64,000 nt of DNA from Geosiphon pyriformis uo1. Its lineage: Eukaryota; Fungi; Glomeromycota. The stretch covers positions 3,422 through 67,421 of the forward strand of contig JAAOMT010000233.1 in NCBI GenBank assembly GCA_016748015.1, read 5' to 3'. The position numbers and the translations under genes are program-made. Position 1 is the first letter of the stretch; each line of letters opens with the position of its first letter. Positions 51,741 to 64,000 of the stretch are shown one piece after another. The notes under the pieces were generated by a model, which did no database searches, had not been told where the DNA came from, and was given only the letters and a program-made list of their open reading frames with translations.

Positions 51741-54700
51741 ATTTTTAATAATATATGCTTTAATAATAAAAATTAAAAAATTTACTAATAAGAATAACAA
51801 TACTTAATTTTAGCTAAATAATATTAAAAAAACTATTATTATTAATAATTAAAATAATATTAAAGTATTTTGAATATTTTTATCAGAATTTACATTAAAT
51901 ACAAATTATTAATACAAATTATTTTATTACATTCTAAGTTTTAAACCAATTTATTTAAAAACTATGTAGTAATCTTTTATAAAAGTATATTTATTATATT
52001 TAACTAATTTTTAAGTAGCAGTTATATTAATAAAAATTTTTAAATTGGCTAAACTAAAAACCAATCATGTTTAAACAATAAATTTTATAATAAATAATTT
52101 ATTTGAATTAAATATTAAGTTAAAACAATTTAGTAAATTTATTAATTAGAAATTAAAAAAGTATTTAATTAATAATTAAACAATATATTAATCTTTATAA
52201 TAATTATTTAACTTTATATATATAAAAATTATTTAATATATTTTAAAAAAAAATGGTTTTTTATATTAAACTTAAACAATAATTATTAATAAGTAATTAT
52301 AAATCTAACTAATAAAAAAAAACAGTTATTATTATTAAAAAAAAGAATCTTAAATTTAATATCTTATTATTTGAATTAATTAATATATCTATTATATTTT
52401 AATAATTAATAAAAATTGTTTACTTTAAAATCTCGTAAAAATTAGTAATTGTTTATTTAAATAATACAGATATGTTTTTAAAAACATTTAATAAATATTT
52501 ATATTATTTACAACAAATATTAAAATAATTTTAATGTATTAAATTAAAACTTAATATTAATAAATGTTTTTTGAAAAAACAAAACACAAATTTTTAAGAT
52601 ATATTATTGAAAAAAATAGTATTAAAACAGATTTAAATAAAATTATTAAAGTTAAAAACTTTTTAATATTACAAAATTTAATTAAAAATTTATATAAAAT
52701 TTTATAATATAAATAAACTAAAATTTAACAAAAAACATTTGATAACTTAAAACATAAGCTAATTAAAGTTTTAATATTAATCTATTTAGATTATAATAAA
52801 TTATTTATTATTAAAATTATTGTATTAAAAATTGTATTATTATAATAAAAATTAAATTGTTAAAAATGTTTAATAATATATATTAACTAAATTTAATTCT
52901 AAAATATTTAATAATTTACTAGACTATTATAAAAAAAAAATTTTATCCAATTATTTAATATTTATATTAATCATAAAAACTTAATATTACTACAAAAAAA
53001 AAATTAATAAATAATAAACATGCTAAATAAAAAACAGTACTATTATAATTTAAATACAAAATATATTATAAAAAAAATACTAATAACTTATTACAAATAA
53101 TATAAGTATAAAAATATTAATTATGTTATTATAAAAGCTTTAAAATAAATAATCAAATTTATTATTTATTAGTATATTATTTTAATACTCAATAATTTAA
53201 AGAGAGATTATCTTAAAATAAACAAAATAAAATATATTATTAATCTAAATACTATTTTATTTACTAATATATACTATATTAAAAAAATAACAATTTATTA
53301 ACTATTTATTAAAAATAATAATAAAACAAAAAAAAGAGACAGTTTTATTTAATATATACTTAAATTCAATAACAAAATATTTTAATTATAAATTAACAAT
53401 TAAAAAACCAAAAATATAAATTATTAATCAATTATATATTTAAATATAATTTAATATATACAAGGTTATAATGTTTATCAAAAAAAATAAGACTAAGTAA
53501 ATTATTATAACCAATTATTATTTATAACATCTAAAAACAATAAATATATAATTATTATCATAAATTATCTTATCAAATAGCCAAATATTAAAACAATTCA
53601 AAGAATTAATATTAAATTTATAGCTAAATTTATTTATTAAAACTTAATATATTAACACAAATATTCAAAAAATTGCTATTTAATCAAAAAATTCTCTTTA
53701 TAAACAGAATATTAATTAAATTAAATCAAAAATTTAAAATAAAAAAATTATTATAATATTATCTATAAACAAATTATTTAATTGAAAAATTAAATAAAAT
53801 ATTATGCAAACACTAGTCAAAATTAGCCAAAAAAATCAAAAAAAAATAGAATTTGTTTATATTATTAATATTATTTGCTTATTAGATAATAAAACAAAAT
53901 ATAATTTAAATAATACTATTTGAATTAATATATAATAAAACAATAATATTAATAATTGAGATAAAAATAAAAATATACTTAACAAAATTAATAATTAAAA
54001 CCATATTTTAAAAAACACAATTAAGATAAACATATAATTTAATAAAATAACAATATTAAAGTTTTACAAAAAAAACAAAAAAATACATAATAATTAATTA
54101 TTATATTTTACTAAAATAAAAAAAACCAATAAATTAAAAAATTTAATCCAAAATAAAATAGTTTATTTTATATTAAAAAATACTTGAAAATAAAACATAT
54201 AAATTACAATTAAAACAAAGTTTTAACCAAAATAATACATAGTAATTAATTAAAATTATATTATATTAAATTACTATTATTACTTAGTATATTATAATTA
54301 AAAACACAAAAAATATTAGTTAAATCAAATAAAATTAAAACCAATTATTATTATTAAAACCATAAATTAAAAAATTAGAAAAAGTATATAAATATTATAA
54401 AAATTGCTAATAAAATAAAAATTATAAACAATATTTATTTAATTGCTTAATAATTGTTTTAAGTATTAAAATATAAGAAGTCAAATATAAAAATAATAAT
54501 TAACAGTTAGAAAATTCGCTATAAAAACATTTAAAAAAAAACTAAAGATAACTTTATATAATAAAACAAAAATACAGCCAAATAATTACATAAAAATTTT
54601 TTTTGAAAAAATAAAAAAACTTTCAAAAATTTATTAATAATAATTTAATCTAAAAATCTAATAAAAAATAATTGAAAAAATTGAAAAAAACAATTTCCAA

Positions 54701-55060
54701 TAATATATTATTATTATTATTTAAGACAACAATTAAATATTTAGATTTTGTATATTAATTAATTCAAAAAAGTATTTAAAAAAATAATAATATAATAAAT
54801 AAAAAAATTTATTAAAAAAAACAACTTAATAATCTACTTAAAAATTATATAATAATTATATTTAATGTTTTAAGATTATAATAAAATATTATTATATTTT
54901 GTTATAAAATTATTTATAATAAATTAACTTAAAAAAATAACTAATTTATAGTTTGAAAAACTAAAAATGAAAATTGTTAACACTATAATTAAAAAAAAAA
55001 CAAATTTATTAAAAATAAAAATCTAGTAAATTTTACAAAAGCTTAATATAAAAAAATATA
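51740..55060. other. Ultra-AT-rich desert (probable hypermutated retroelement)
   Basis: Very few G or C; A/C skew matches the adjacent minus-strand LINE L6. Confidence 0.5.
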
Positions 55061-55061
55061 T

Positions 55062-58000
55062 AAAAACTTTTTTTCTCTCTTTCATCTAAATTTCCCAAAG
55101 AGCAATTTTTTAGAAGAAAAAGTTTTTTTTTTTTTTTTTTTTTACTTGTTATATTATCTTCAATATTTTTTAAGCTAATAATTCTTTTGTGATAAACCTA
55201 AAGACTGTTTCAAATAATAGTATGTCTAAGAAAAAGACTCCTAAAGGTGCCCTTTATGGTCCTGTTGATAGTACTTTTTCCCAGAAAAAAAAAGTTTTAG
55301 TTGGTAATGTCAAGCATTTTGGAGATGAAAAAAATATTTTTTTGGTCAAATCTAGTCATAGTAGTAGTGTTTATTCGGATATGGACAGTGTTTTCAGTGA
55401 TAGTAGAAATAATAATGTTTCATTTAATGTTGACAATAGTTTTCTTTTTGGTTCAGCAATAAACACCTCTAAAGCTAATAGAATTAATACTGGTCTGGTC
55501 TGTGGCTCCTCTTTTGGCTTAATTAATTATAACATAGATAAAAATAGTAACCTCCTCTCTTTTCCTCTTAATATATCTCTCAACAAAAAATGGATCAACC
55601 CAAAAATTATCAAAACTCAGGTTAAGATATCTGTCAAAAAGTTTTTTGTTCTTGATATTAATCTTAGTGCTGTGGAAAAAAAATCTGTTATGGTAAAGAC
55701 TTAATCTATTAGAAAGTTTTTTTATTAGTCAATGGTTTTGGAGGGGCCACTACTTCCTCAAAATTTGAAAAGATTATCAGATCTATCTTTACTTTAGAAA
55801 AAAGCATAAAGATGGCTGTATCATTGGCCAGAAAAAAAGAGATCAACATAAACAATAATCTTAGAAGACAAAGAATAAGGTTAGATCAGACTATAATAAT
55901 CAAAAAAATTCTCATAGATACATCTAGAGATATGATTATTATTGCAGTATCCAAATTTGGAAAAATTAAGTCAATCAAGATTCAATTAATTGGAATGTGG
56001 CAGAAGGCTATAGTGAAGTTTGTTGAGTTAGATCAAGCTAATTTGTTGGCATTTAAATAGTTATTCCTGATTGGAAAAAATTTTGTACATGTAGCCAAAG
56101 CTGTGAGAGATCATGAGATTTGGGCATTTAAGAATCAGTTCAGAGCACTTTTATTTACTTTGTTAATGGATACAATAGCACATGATTTTGGAACTCTTTT
56201 AGAAGGAGCTGGTAGGAAAACTTGTGTAATCAATCACTCACTGGAGACTAACAATCAAACTCACTGTGCTGTCATTGGTTTTGAATCCGAAAATGAACTT
56301 GAATTTGCATTTTATACTAAGCCAATTTTTAGTGACATGAGATTTTCTTGGACCAGATTGGACTTGGTTTAGTGTAAAAAGTGTGGGAAGTTTAAACATT
56401 CAGTTTTAGAATGTAATGCTTCTGATGCTCTAATGTCTGCTCCTCCTAAAAAAAAAAAACTTTAAAAGGAATGCTTCTGATATAAGTTGTCTTCAGTTGG
56501 CCAGGTTATATGCCAAGAAAAATGTTCTTATCTCTCACCCTGCTGCTTTTAGTGGCAAGTTATGGGCTTAGATAGTCTCTTCTGTATCTTCTTCTGGTGG
56601 TCTTTAATTTGGTTCTGGTTCTAGTTCTTTTTCTTCTGGTGCCTCAGATTTGGGTAGTAGTTCTCCTCTTGTTCTGATCAACAATTCATCTTTGAGTGCT
56701 TATTTGGTCTTTTTAAAACATTTTTTAGAGCTCTTAAATGATAAAATTTCTGATATTGTGTGCAAAATCAGTGGCATAGAATTGGTGCCTTTGGTTCTCT
56801 TTTTTTCTTCTAGTTATTTAGTTGCCCCAATAAATATCAACTTAGATTTGAACTCAGATATGGTTTTGGATGGTTCTGTGCTAGTGTTTACATCTCCCTT
56901 TGTTGTTTTGGCTTTGGGTCTCAGTAGCTCAAAAATTTTGACAACTAAGATAGACTGTTTGAAGTCCAAGTTGGTGGCTCTTGAAGTCTTGATCAGTTCA
57001 GTTTTGGCAAAGTTAGATCAGTTGTGTGCTGGTTCAGGTTTTCAAATGTCTTTTTCTTCTCAATGAGTGGTTTGGTTAAGAAAATTGCTACTTGCAATGT
57101 TAAAGAAAAGAACAATCCTGTAAAATAAGATAATATTATTTGTTGGCATAAAGACAAGGACATTTTAGTTTCTATTTTTACAGAATCAAAGTTAAAAGAA
57201 AAGATTTGTTCCTGGATTGTCAACAAATTTGATGGTGTACAGGTGTTTATCTCTGGTTTGGAATTTGGTCATCTAAGTGCTGGTGTTGTGGTCATCATGA
57301 ACTCTTCTTTGGCAAAACATGTGTGTAAGGTTTTAGAGGTGTCTGATTGGCTCTTGTCTATCAAGTTGCTTTTTAAAAATAAACTTTTAGTGTTAATTTT
57401 GGGGCTTTATGCTAATGTCTCTTTAGCAGTTTGGTTTTCTCAGACTGGTAATGTTAACTTTCTTATTGCAAAGACTGTCAATGAATCTTTTTTTGTTATT
57501 TTTGGTGGTGATTTTAATAAAAACAGTTCTTATAAGTGTGCAAGTTTCAAAAAATGTCTTGATTTGGGGCTAGTTAATTCCTTGGTCAGCAGTCCAACTA
57601 TGAAAGAGCACACTTGGACAAATTCTAATGATGTTATAAAAATGATTGATTACATGTTTGTTTCCCTGAATTTGATCAATGCAATAATACATTATGATGT
57701 TTTGAAAGTCAGTAAGCATTTTGACATGGATTACCAATCTGTTTCTGTGTCTGTGAGTTTGGGTGGACTTTTGGACACATGTTTGAACTTTTTTCACAAG
57801 CAAGTAAATAGGAATTGATGAAAATTCAAGTTTAAGGGTGCCAATAAGACTAAATAGGATGATTTTAAGGATGCCACATCAGCCAATGTAGCAATGTTCT
57901 CAGGTGAGTTTGCCACCTCTGCAAAGTTTTCAGATTTGGATGCAATATAAGATATTATTTGCAAAATAATAGTTCTTTTGGCTAATAGGATGTTCAAAAA

Positions 58001-61000
58001 AAAATGGTTTAAGAGCTTTGATGATGTCTTCACTAAGAATTCTTCGAGATTTCACAGATTGAAGCTATTAGTTTCTAGAATTGTTAAGACCTCATGTGAA
58101 GAGAGTGTTGTGAATTTTGATTCTTTTATAAGATGCTGAATTTCTTTGGACAATATTAAGGCTTCAGCCATTCAAGATATAGTAGACTCTGGTGCTGGCT
58201 CTAATCACATCCATTCTGCTCTCTTTGGTACTAGAAAGTTTTATCACACTGCCAAGCTTGCTAAATTTCTGAGTGCTAAGAAAGTGAACATCAGATCTGC
58301 TATTGATAAGAGGATAGAAAGCTTTGAGGTTAATAAAAGTCATATGATCAGGAGTATACTGGAGCGTCCATTTCACAAAGTGGTACTTGATCATCTAATA
58401 GTTAATGATGAACTGATTCTGGAACCTGATTTGGTTAAGTCTAAGGTAGATATAATCATGGAGGGTTGGATTAAGAAGCATAGAGTAGTGGATGATATTT
58501 TTGGTAACTGGCATTGTTAATATTAATCTTTGGAGTGTGTTTTTGATAAAGTGTTTTTTGGTGTCATGTGTTCAATTAATTTTAATAAATTGTTTGAGGT
58601 GGTTTCTAATCTGCCTGATAACAAAGCTGCTAGTCTCTCGGATATATCAAATGAGCTTTGGAAGTATTGTAATAAGACAGTCTTGGTTATGTTTTTGGTG
58701 TTTTTGAATTCTTGCCTGTTTGGTGAATTAATGCTTAGCTCTTGGAAGAAGGCTTGAGTTTCAATAATTCCCAAACCATATGAGTGGAAAAGTGTTCTAA
58801 CAAATATTTGTCCTATTGCTTTAATCAAAATGGCTTGTAAGATTTTTTCCAAGATTCTTTTTGACAGGATTTCTTTGGCATGCAGCACTTTTGATGTTCT
58901 TTGTGGAGACATTTTTTCAGTTTTGAAAGATATAATGACTTAGTCTCCCATTTTCGCAATTGGTTTAGTTATTGAGGATGCTTTGAAAAAAGACTGGAAA
59001 CTTTGATTAGTTTTGTAAGACATATGAAAAGCATATAATTTAGTTGACTGGGAGCATCTTAAGAAGAGTTTGGTCTGGATTAAAATATGTAGCAAGTTCA
59101 TTCAATTTTTTAATAGTATTCATAGGGATTGCACTAACTAAGTTATAACAGATTTTGGTTTGACAGGTAGTTATTATGTGCTCAATAGTCTGAACCAAGA
59201 AGAAATATTTTCTCTTCTTCTGTGGTACATATTTTATGATCCTCTATTGTGTAAAGTCAAATGTCAGGAAAATATGTGTGAGTATAAGTTAATTTCTTAT
59301 TTTATTTTCAAAAGTAGTCGTGCTGAATCTCAAGCTAGACTTTCTTCTTTTTTTGCTGCTGGTGCTTTCATCAATGATACAATTTGGGTTGGTAACAGTC
59401 AGAGTGCTACTCAATATATTCTCAATATTGTTGGTAAATTTTTTCAGATTAATGATATTTTAATCAATAATAACAAAACAGTGGCCATTCTCATTAATAA
59501 TAAAGTTAGCAAGCTTTCTCTTTCTATTAGTGGCTTGCTGATCTCTATTGTCAAAAAGGGTGAATCTCATTGGTATTTGGGTATTTTTCTTTTAACGGAG
59601 AGTCTTTTGAAGCCTAGTTTGGCTATAACAAATTCAGATATTCATTTTTTTACCAATTTGGTCCTAAAAAAGACTATCTTGAATAAGCAGCTCTTGTATT
59701 TAGTATTAGTGGTTTTTCATTCTATAGTCAGTTATAGAATGCAGTTCAGCTTTGTTCCTGTTAATGTGTACAACAAGTAGGATGCTCTAATTTGCAAGTG
59801 CTTAAAACTTAAATCTGGTCTCCTACTCAATTTTTCTAGTGATACAATTTACTATCTTTCCTTTTATGGTTTGAAATCTTTTTTACAAGTTCAGTTTAAG
59901 AGTAAGATTGCTTCCTTTGTTAGTTTTATGAACTCTGGTAAAGTCTTGAGTTGCTTGTTTTCTTACAGGTTCTATGACTTACAAGTTCTGTGTTAGTGCT
60001 CTGTTTACTCATTGGGTTTTCCTGTCCATATTCATGTCAGTGCTTTTAATAACTTTTTGACAGGCATGATTTGTATTCTGCTTGATTGCAATTTGTCTCT
60101 TGGTGGCTTTTTGGCCAGTTCCTTTTAGTTTTGCAGTGAGACTCTCATGTCTGCTGTTCTGGATGAGTTGAGATTTTTCAAGTTTATCTCTTCTCTCTGT
60201 TGATATGACATAGCTTTTGTGAATCAACTTTGTAATAGTTATAGTGCTGTCTTTGATTAGTGTACTTTTAAGTGGTAGAAAAAACTGGATCCCTGTGGCT
60301 CTGTTCCTGCATGGTTTATAATTTCTGCAATATTTCTTAATAGTACAGTTTCTTCTCCTGTTTATTTCTTGGTTTCAAGTAGAGTTGATCCTTTGAATAT
60401 TCTTAACTTTGGTGATTTTATGTCTGTTTGTGACCATCTCTCTTAAGTTGGTTCTGGTAGTTTATCTGTATATACAAATGGGTCTCTGAAGAATTTGGGC
60501 ACAGTTGGCTGTAAAGCTAGTACTGCTGCTTTTTTTAAGGACATTAATTTGGGTTTGGAAGTTGGTGTGTTGGGTTTAATGTTGTCAACTATGGCAAAAT
60601 TACAGGCAATTGTGTTGGCTCTGGAGTGTGTTCCCTTATTTAGCTCTGTTCATTTGTTTTTGGATAGTCAATCTGCTTTGGATGCCTATAAGTCGGAATT
60701 AAATCTGGTGTATTTTGACTTTTACAATCAGTGTTGGATTAAGTGTTGGCATATTGTTAATGTTATTTGTAATAAGAATTTGAGAGTTAATTGGCACAAG
60801 GTAAAGAGTCATTCTGGCATTTCAGAGAATAAGCATACCAATGTGATTGCTGGTGTCACCTTTCTTTCTGGTTGGTGTTTTACTCTTTACTTAGATGAAT
60901 GCTTTATAGTGGCTAATGGTAGTGTTGTTTCTGGCAATTTTAAACATTTTGTACATGATGTTTATTGTTTTATTTGTTGTGCATGCTGAGAAGTTGGTTC

Positions 61001-61620
61001 TGGTTTCAAGTTTTTAACAGGTAATTTGCTTTCTGAGATTGATTGGCTCTACTTGTTGCTAATATGGCATCCTAATTTGCACATGGCTGCTAGTTTTACC
61101 AGCAGGCTCTTGGCTGGTATGCACACTTATTTTATGAAAGTCTTGTATTATTAACTGTCTGTTGCCATCTAGAAGTATCTTTATGACAAATGTTATTCTA
61201 ATGTATTGTGTTTGTATTGTGGTAATGTAGAGATGTCAGATCATGTGTTTTTTTGTGAAGTTGATGATTCTGCAAGGCATCAAATATTGGACTCCCATAT
61301 GGCTTCATGGAAGGCTCTTTCTGGTTTTTTTCACTCCTCTTCAAGTGTGCTGTAGCTGTTGTCATCTTGTGTTTCTGATCTTTTTGTGTCTATGGCTTTT
61401 TATAAGAATTTTGTTTTTGATAGTTGGTTTTGCAAGACTGTTTTTGTCTTCTGTAATTCCAAGATTGCCAGTTCAAAGGTTGTCAAATTTGTGCACTCTC
61501 TTGGTCTTGCCTTTAGGAATAATGTTTGGGTAGTTCATGCTAAACATCGTGCTTATATGGAGAAGAACAGATTGATTTCATTGAATGGTTCAGCTTTTGT
61601 GTCAATTTCTGGTTTGGCAT
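55062..61620 (+). mobile_element. LINE L7, near full length; 3' end interrupted by Gypsy-3
   Basis: 5' motif TTTCTCTCTTTCATCT; ORF1 ~55189-57066 with CKKCGKF*HSVLEC-type knuckle; ORF2 from 57063 with GGDFN, AAGAFINDTIW, FLDSQSA, CLYCGN. Confidence 0.92.
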
Positions 61621-62488
61621 TGTTATGGGATGGTTTTTTTGTTATATTTAATTGCAATCAGTCTTTCATGAGTTCTTCAATTCTATTTGTGTGATAATGT
61701 CACTGTTATACTGAAGGCTTTCTTTTTAATGTCACAATGTAAGTTATTCTTCAATTCCTGATTGTTGTGTGTGTTTATGTACTCCTTCTCAGAGGCTGAA
61801 CTGAAATCTACCTGCTGTCTGGGGTCTTCTCTGAGGCTATCCTTGCAATTGCCTAATGTGTTTCTCTAATCTAGAAACACAGAAGGTTAATGGCCTTTAG
61901 CACTTTTCCTAATTCTTACAATAAAGCTTTTATCAATTAGTAACAATGTGAATAATCTTGATCAAGAATTATTCTTCCAAGAGATTCAGTTGATGAATGA
62001 TAGTTTCATTCAATAAATAATACAAGTAAGTTTCTTAATACTTTGGGTTGTGATAATTCAGTTTTAAATATTCTTTTTTATTTCTTTTTAATTTAAAGGT
62101 TTCTTGAGATATTTAATTTAAAAGTATGATTTAAAGTGGAGTTTGTTGAATAAAATTAGATCTATTGCTTGATAAATTATGATTTTTATTACTTAATTCT
62201 CTTTTTTCAATATTAAAACTACTGTATATATACATGTTTGTAGTTCTACAAGAAAACACATTGTAATACTTTTTTTTTGATATTTCAACCTGGTGTTTGC
62301 TGCTATTACCAGTTGGTATTGGCTGCTATTGTGAACTGGTGCTTGCCACTATTGCGAGATGGTGTTTGTTACTATATTAATTATTATCTTTCTAAAATTA
62401 TTACTGTGCTATATTATGATTGAATAGTTTATATTATTTTTTATGATTCTTTTGCTAAATTTTTAAACCATAACATTATCTCCTCCTT

Positions 62489-63199
62489 TCAAGATTGAGT
62501 TCTGTTGAAATCGAAGTTAATTTCTTCATTAAATTCTAAGTTACTATAGTGGTTTAATACTGTATTATTAATTTGTTGTTGTAATTCTTGAAATTGCGAG
62601 TTGGTAAATTGTCCAATACTGTTGGTTGTTATTATGTTCATGGTTGGGTCCAACAATAGTTTGTGACAGTTTTCAAATGCTTTAAAAATTCTATAAACTG
62701 TTTTTGAATGGAATGTAGTGTTGGTTTTTTCAATGAAAGGTTTTAATAGTTGGATAGTTGTTTTGTCAAACACTTTAGTTGAGTCTTTTGAGTATAATGT
62801 TTGTATGTTCAAGTGCTTTCCTAGTTAGTAATAACAGTAGTTAATTGGAAATTTTGTTTTCAAGTTGCTAAATGTGTTTGATGTTAATTCACTTATTTCT
62901 ATTTCTTCTATTATTAATGTATTGCCCAATGCTATCTCTAATTTTTCAATAACTTTGCTGATAAATTTGTTGTTATGTTTGGTAATATTATATGGTTCAA
63001 AATTATGTTCTTTTCTTGTTTTTGAATTTTCTATTGTTCTTTTTATGTATGTTATTTTGGAGCTATTAACTGTGATTTCCAGATCGGATTTCAATTGTTA
63101 TAAGCTTTCAACTAATTGTTGAGTTATATTGTTGATGTTTTCTGGAATAAGTATCATTGTTTTAATTTTGACTACTATTTTGGAATCTTTTACATGCAT
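62489..63199 (-). pseudogene. ORF3 of Gypsy-3
   Basis: IPENINNITQQL...LEITVN...NYCYY*LGKHLNIQTLY...VYRIFKAF...IGQFTNSQFQEL...FDFNRTQS*. Confidence 0.8.
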
Positions 63200-63241
63200 T
63201 TTTATGGTTGTTAAATCATTTTTGCTGTGATCTAAGATTAA

Positions 63242-64000
63242 TTATCTTTTTGAATAATGTTCAATTAAAACTATTGGTTCTAAATCTCATGGAATTTGTT
63301 CTGGTAGAATTAAAGGTAATTGTGTTCCAATTCTGGGTGTCTTTGTTGTTATTACTGGTTTACTATAATAGAATTTCAGCCGGTTATCATGTGCTGCTTT
63401 TCTTAATATTTTATCATCTAGTCTTAGTTTGTATGCTCCATTTCCAAGTATTTCGTGAATATAAAATGGTCCATTCCACTTGTGATCAAATTTTCCACTC
63501 CATTGTTTTTCCATTTTTGTATGATACAACAATACTTTATCTCCAATTTTGTAGCTAATTATATTATCTGGTAACTGGTTATCATGTCTCACTTTTTGTT
63601 GTTCTTGTGATTGTTTAATATTTTGTGCTGCTTTTCTTCTTTTGTTTTCTAAAGTTCCTATTAATTCGTATGTTTTTCTAAGTAGTGTTTCCTGGAATGT
63701 TGCTTTTATGATAGTGTCACTTGGATAAGTTGGGATAGTAAGTTCAATTGGTAATGTGGCTTTTCTTCCATAAACTAGTTCAAATGGTGTGAATTGTGTA
63801 GTATTTTGTTTTACTGTTTTATATGCTAGTAGTACTGCTGGTATAAACAAATCCCATTCTTTTTCATGTTCGTTACTAATTTTTGCCAGTGATTTGCATA
63901 ATGTGCAATTAAATTTTTCAACTAATCCATTTGTTTGAGGGTGGTATGATGATGACAGTGGTCACTTGATTCCAAATTTTTGACTAAGTTTTTTTAAGAT
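63242..64000 (-). pseudogene. Integrase C-terminal half of Gypsy-3
   Basis: PQTNGLVEKFN, TPFELVYGR, WNGPFYIHEILGNGAYKL. Confidence 0.92.

Larger units (their letters stand above)
61621..64000 (-). mobile_element. Ty3/Gypsy element 'Gypsy-3' (3' part: IN, ORF3, PPT, 3' LTR)
   Basis: LTR TGTTATGG...CCATAACA 61621-62475; PPT GAAAGGAGGAGATAA 62476-62490; GCAT left flank. Confidence 0.92.

Noticed and set aside
51740-55060. Satellite, centromeric repeat or organellar insertion
   Set aside because: No periodic unit or organellar gene remnants are recognisable
1-64000. Alternative genetic code (many stops at Trp, Gln and Arg positions)
   Set aside because: TGG becomes both TAG and TGA, CAA becomes TAA and CGA becomes TGA at different sites in different copies; this is transition decay, not recoding

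Overview
This is an AT-rich, CpG-poor eukaryotic repeat region, probably fungal. The LINE (FVDD RT plus RNase H) and Ty3/Gypsy styles suggest Glomeromycotina; that is an inference I cannot confirm here. No host gene is visible. The window is a nest of retroelements decayed by C>T/G>A mutation. It holds seven APE-RT-RNase H LINEs (L1-L7); the six outermost alternate strictly in orientation and are separated by ultra-AT deserts. It also holds three diverged Ty3/Gypsy families, four solo LTRs with 4-bp TSDs, and a tandem LTR-I-LTR-I-LTR array of a non-coding mini-element (1320-bp LTRs, 141-bp internal). One Gypsy copy is full length (19071-30283, TSD GCAT). The most novel signal is the Gypsy architecture. 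It reads Gag-PR-[Cys-rich insert]-dUTPase-[pseudo-dUTPase]-RT-RH, then a stop, then an integrase with its own ATG and no chromodomain, then a conserved ~220-aa non-env ORF3 that runs up to the PPT in all three families. All alignments and coordinates were read by eye.
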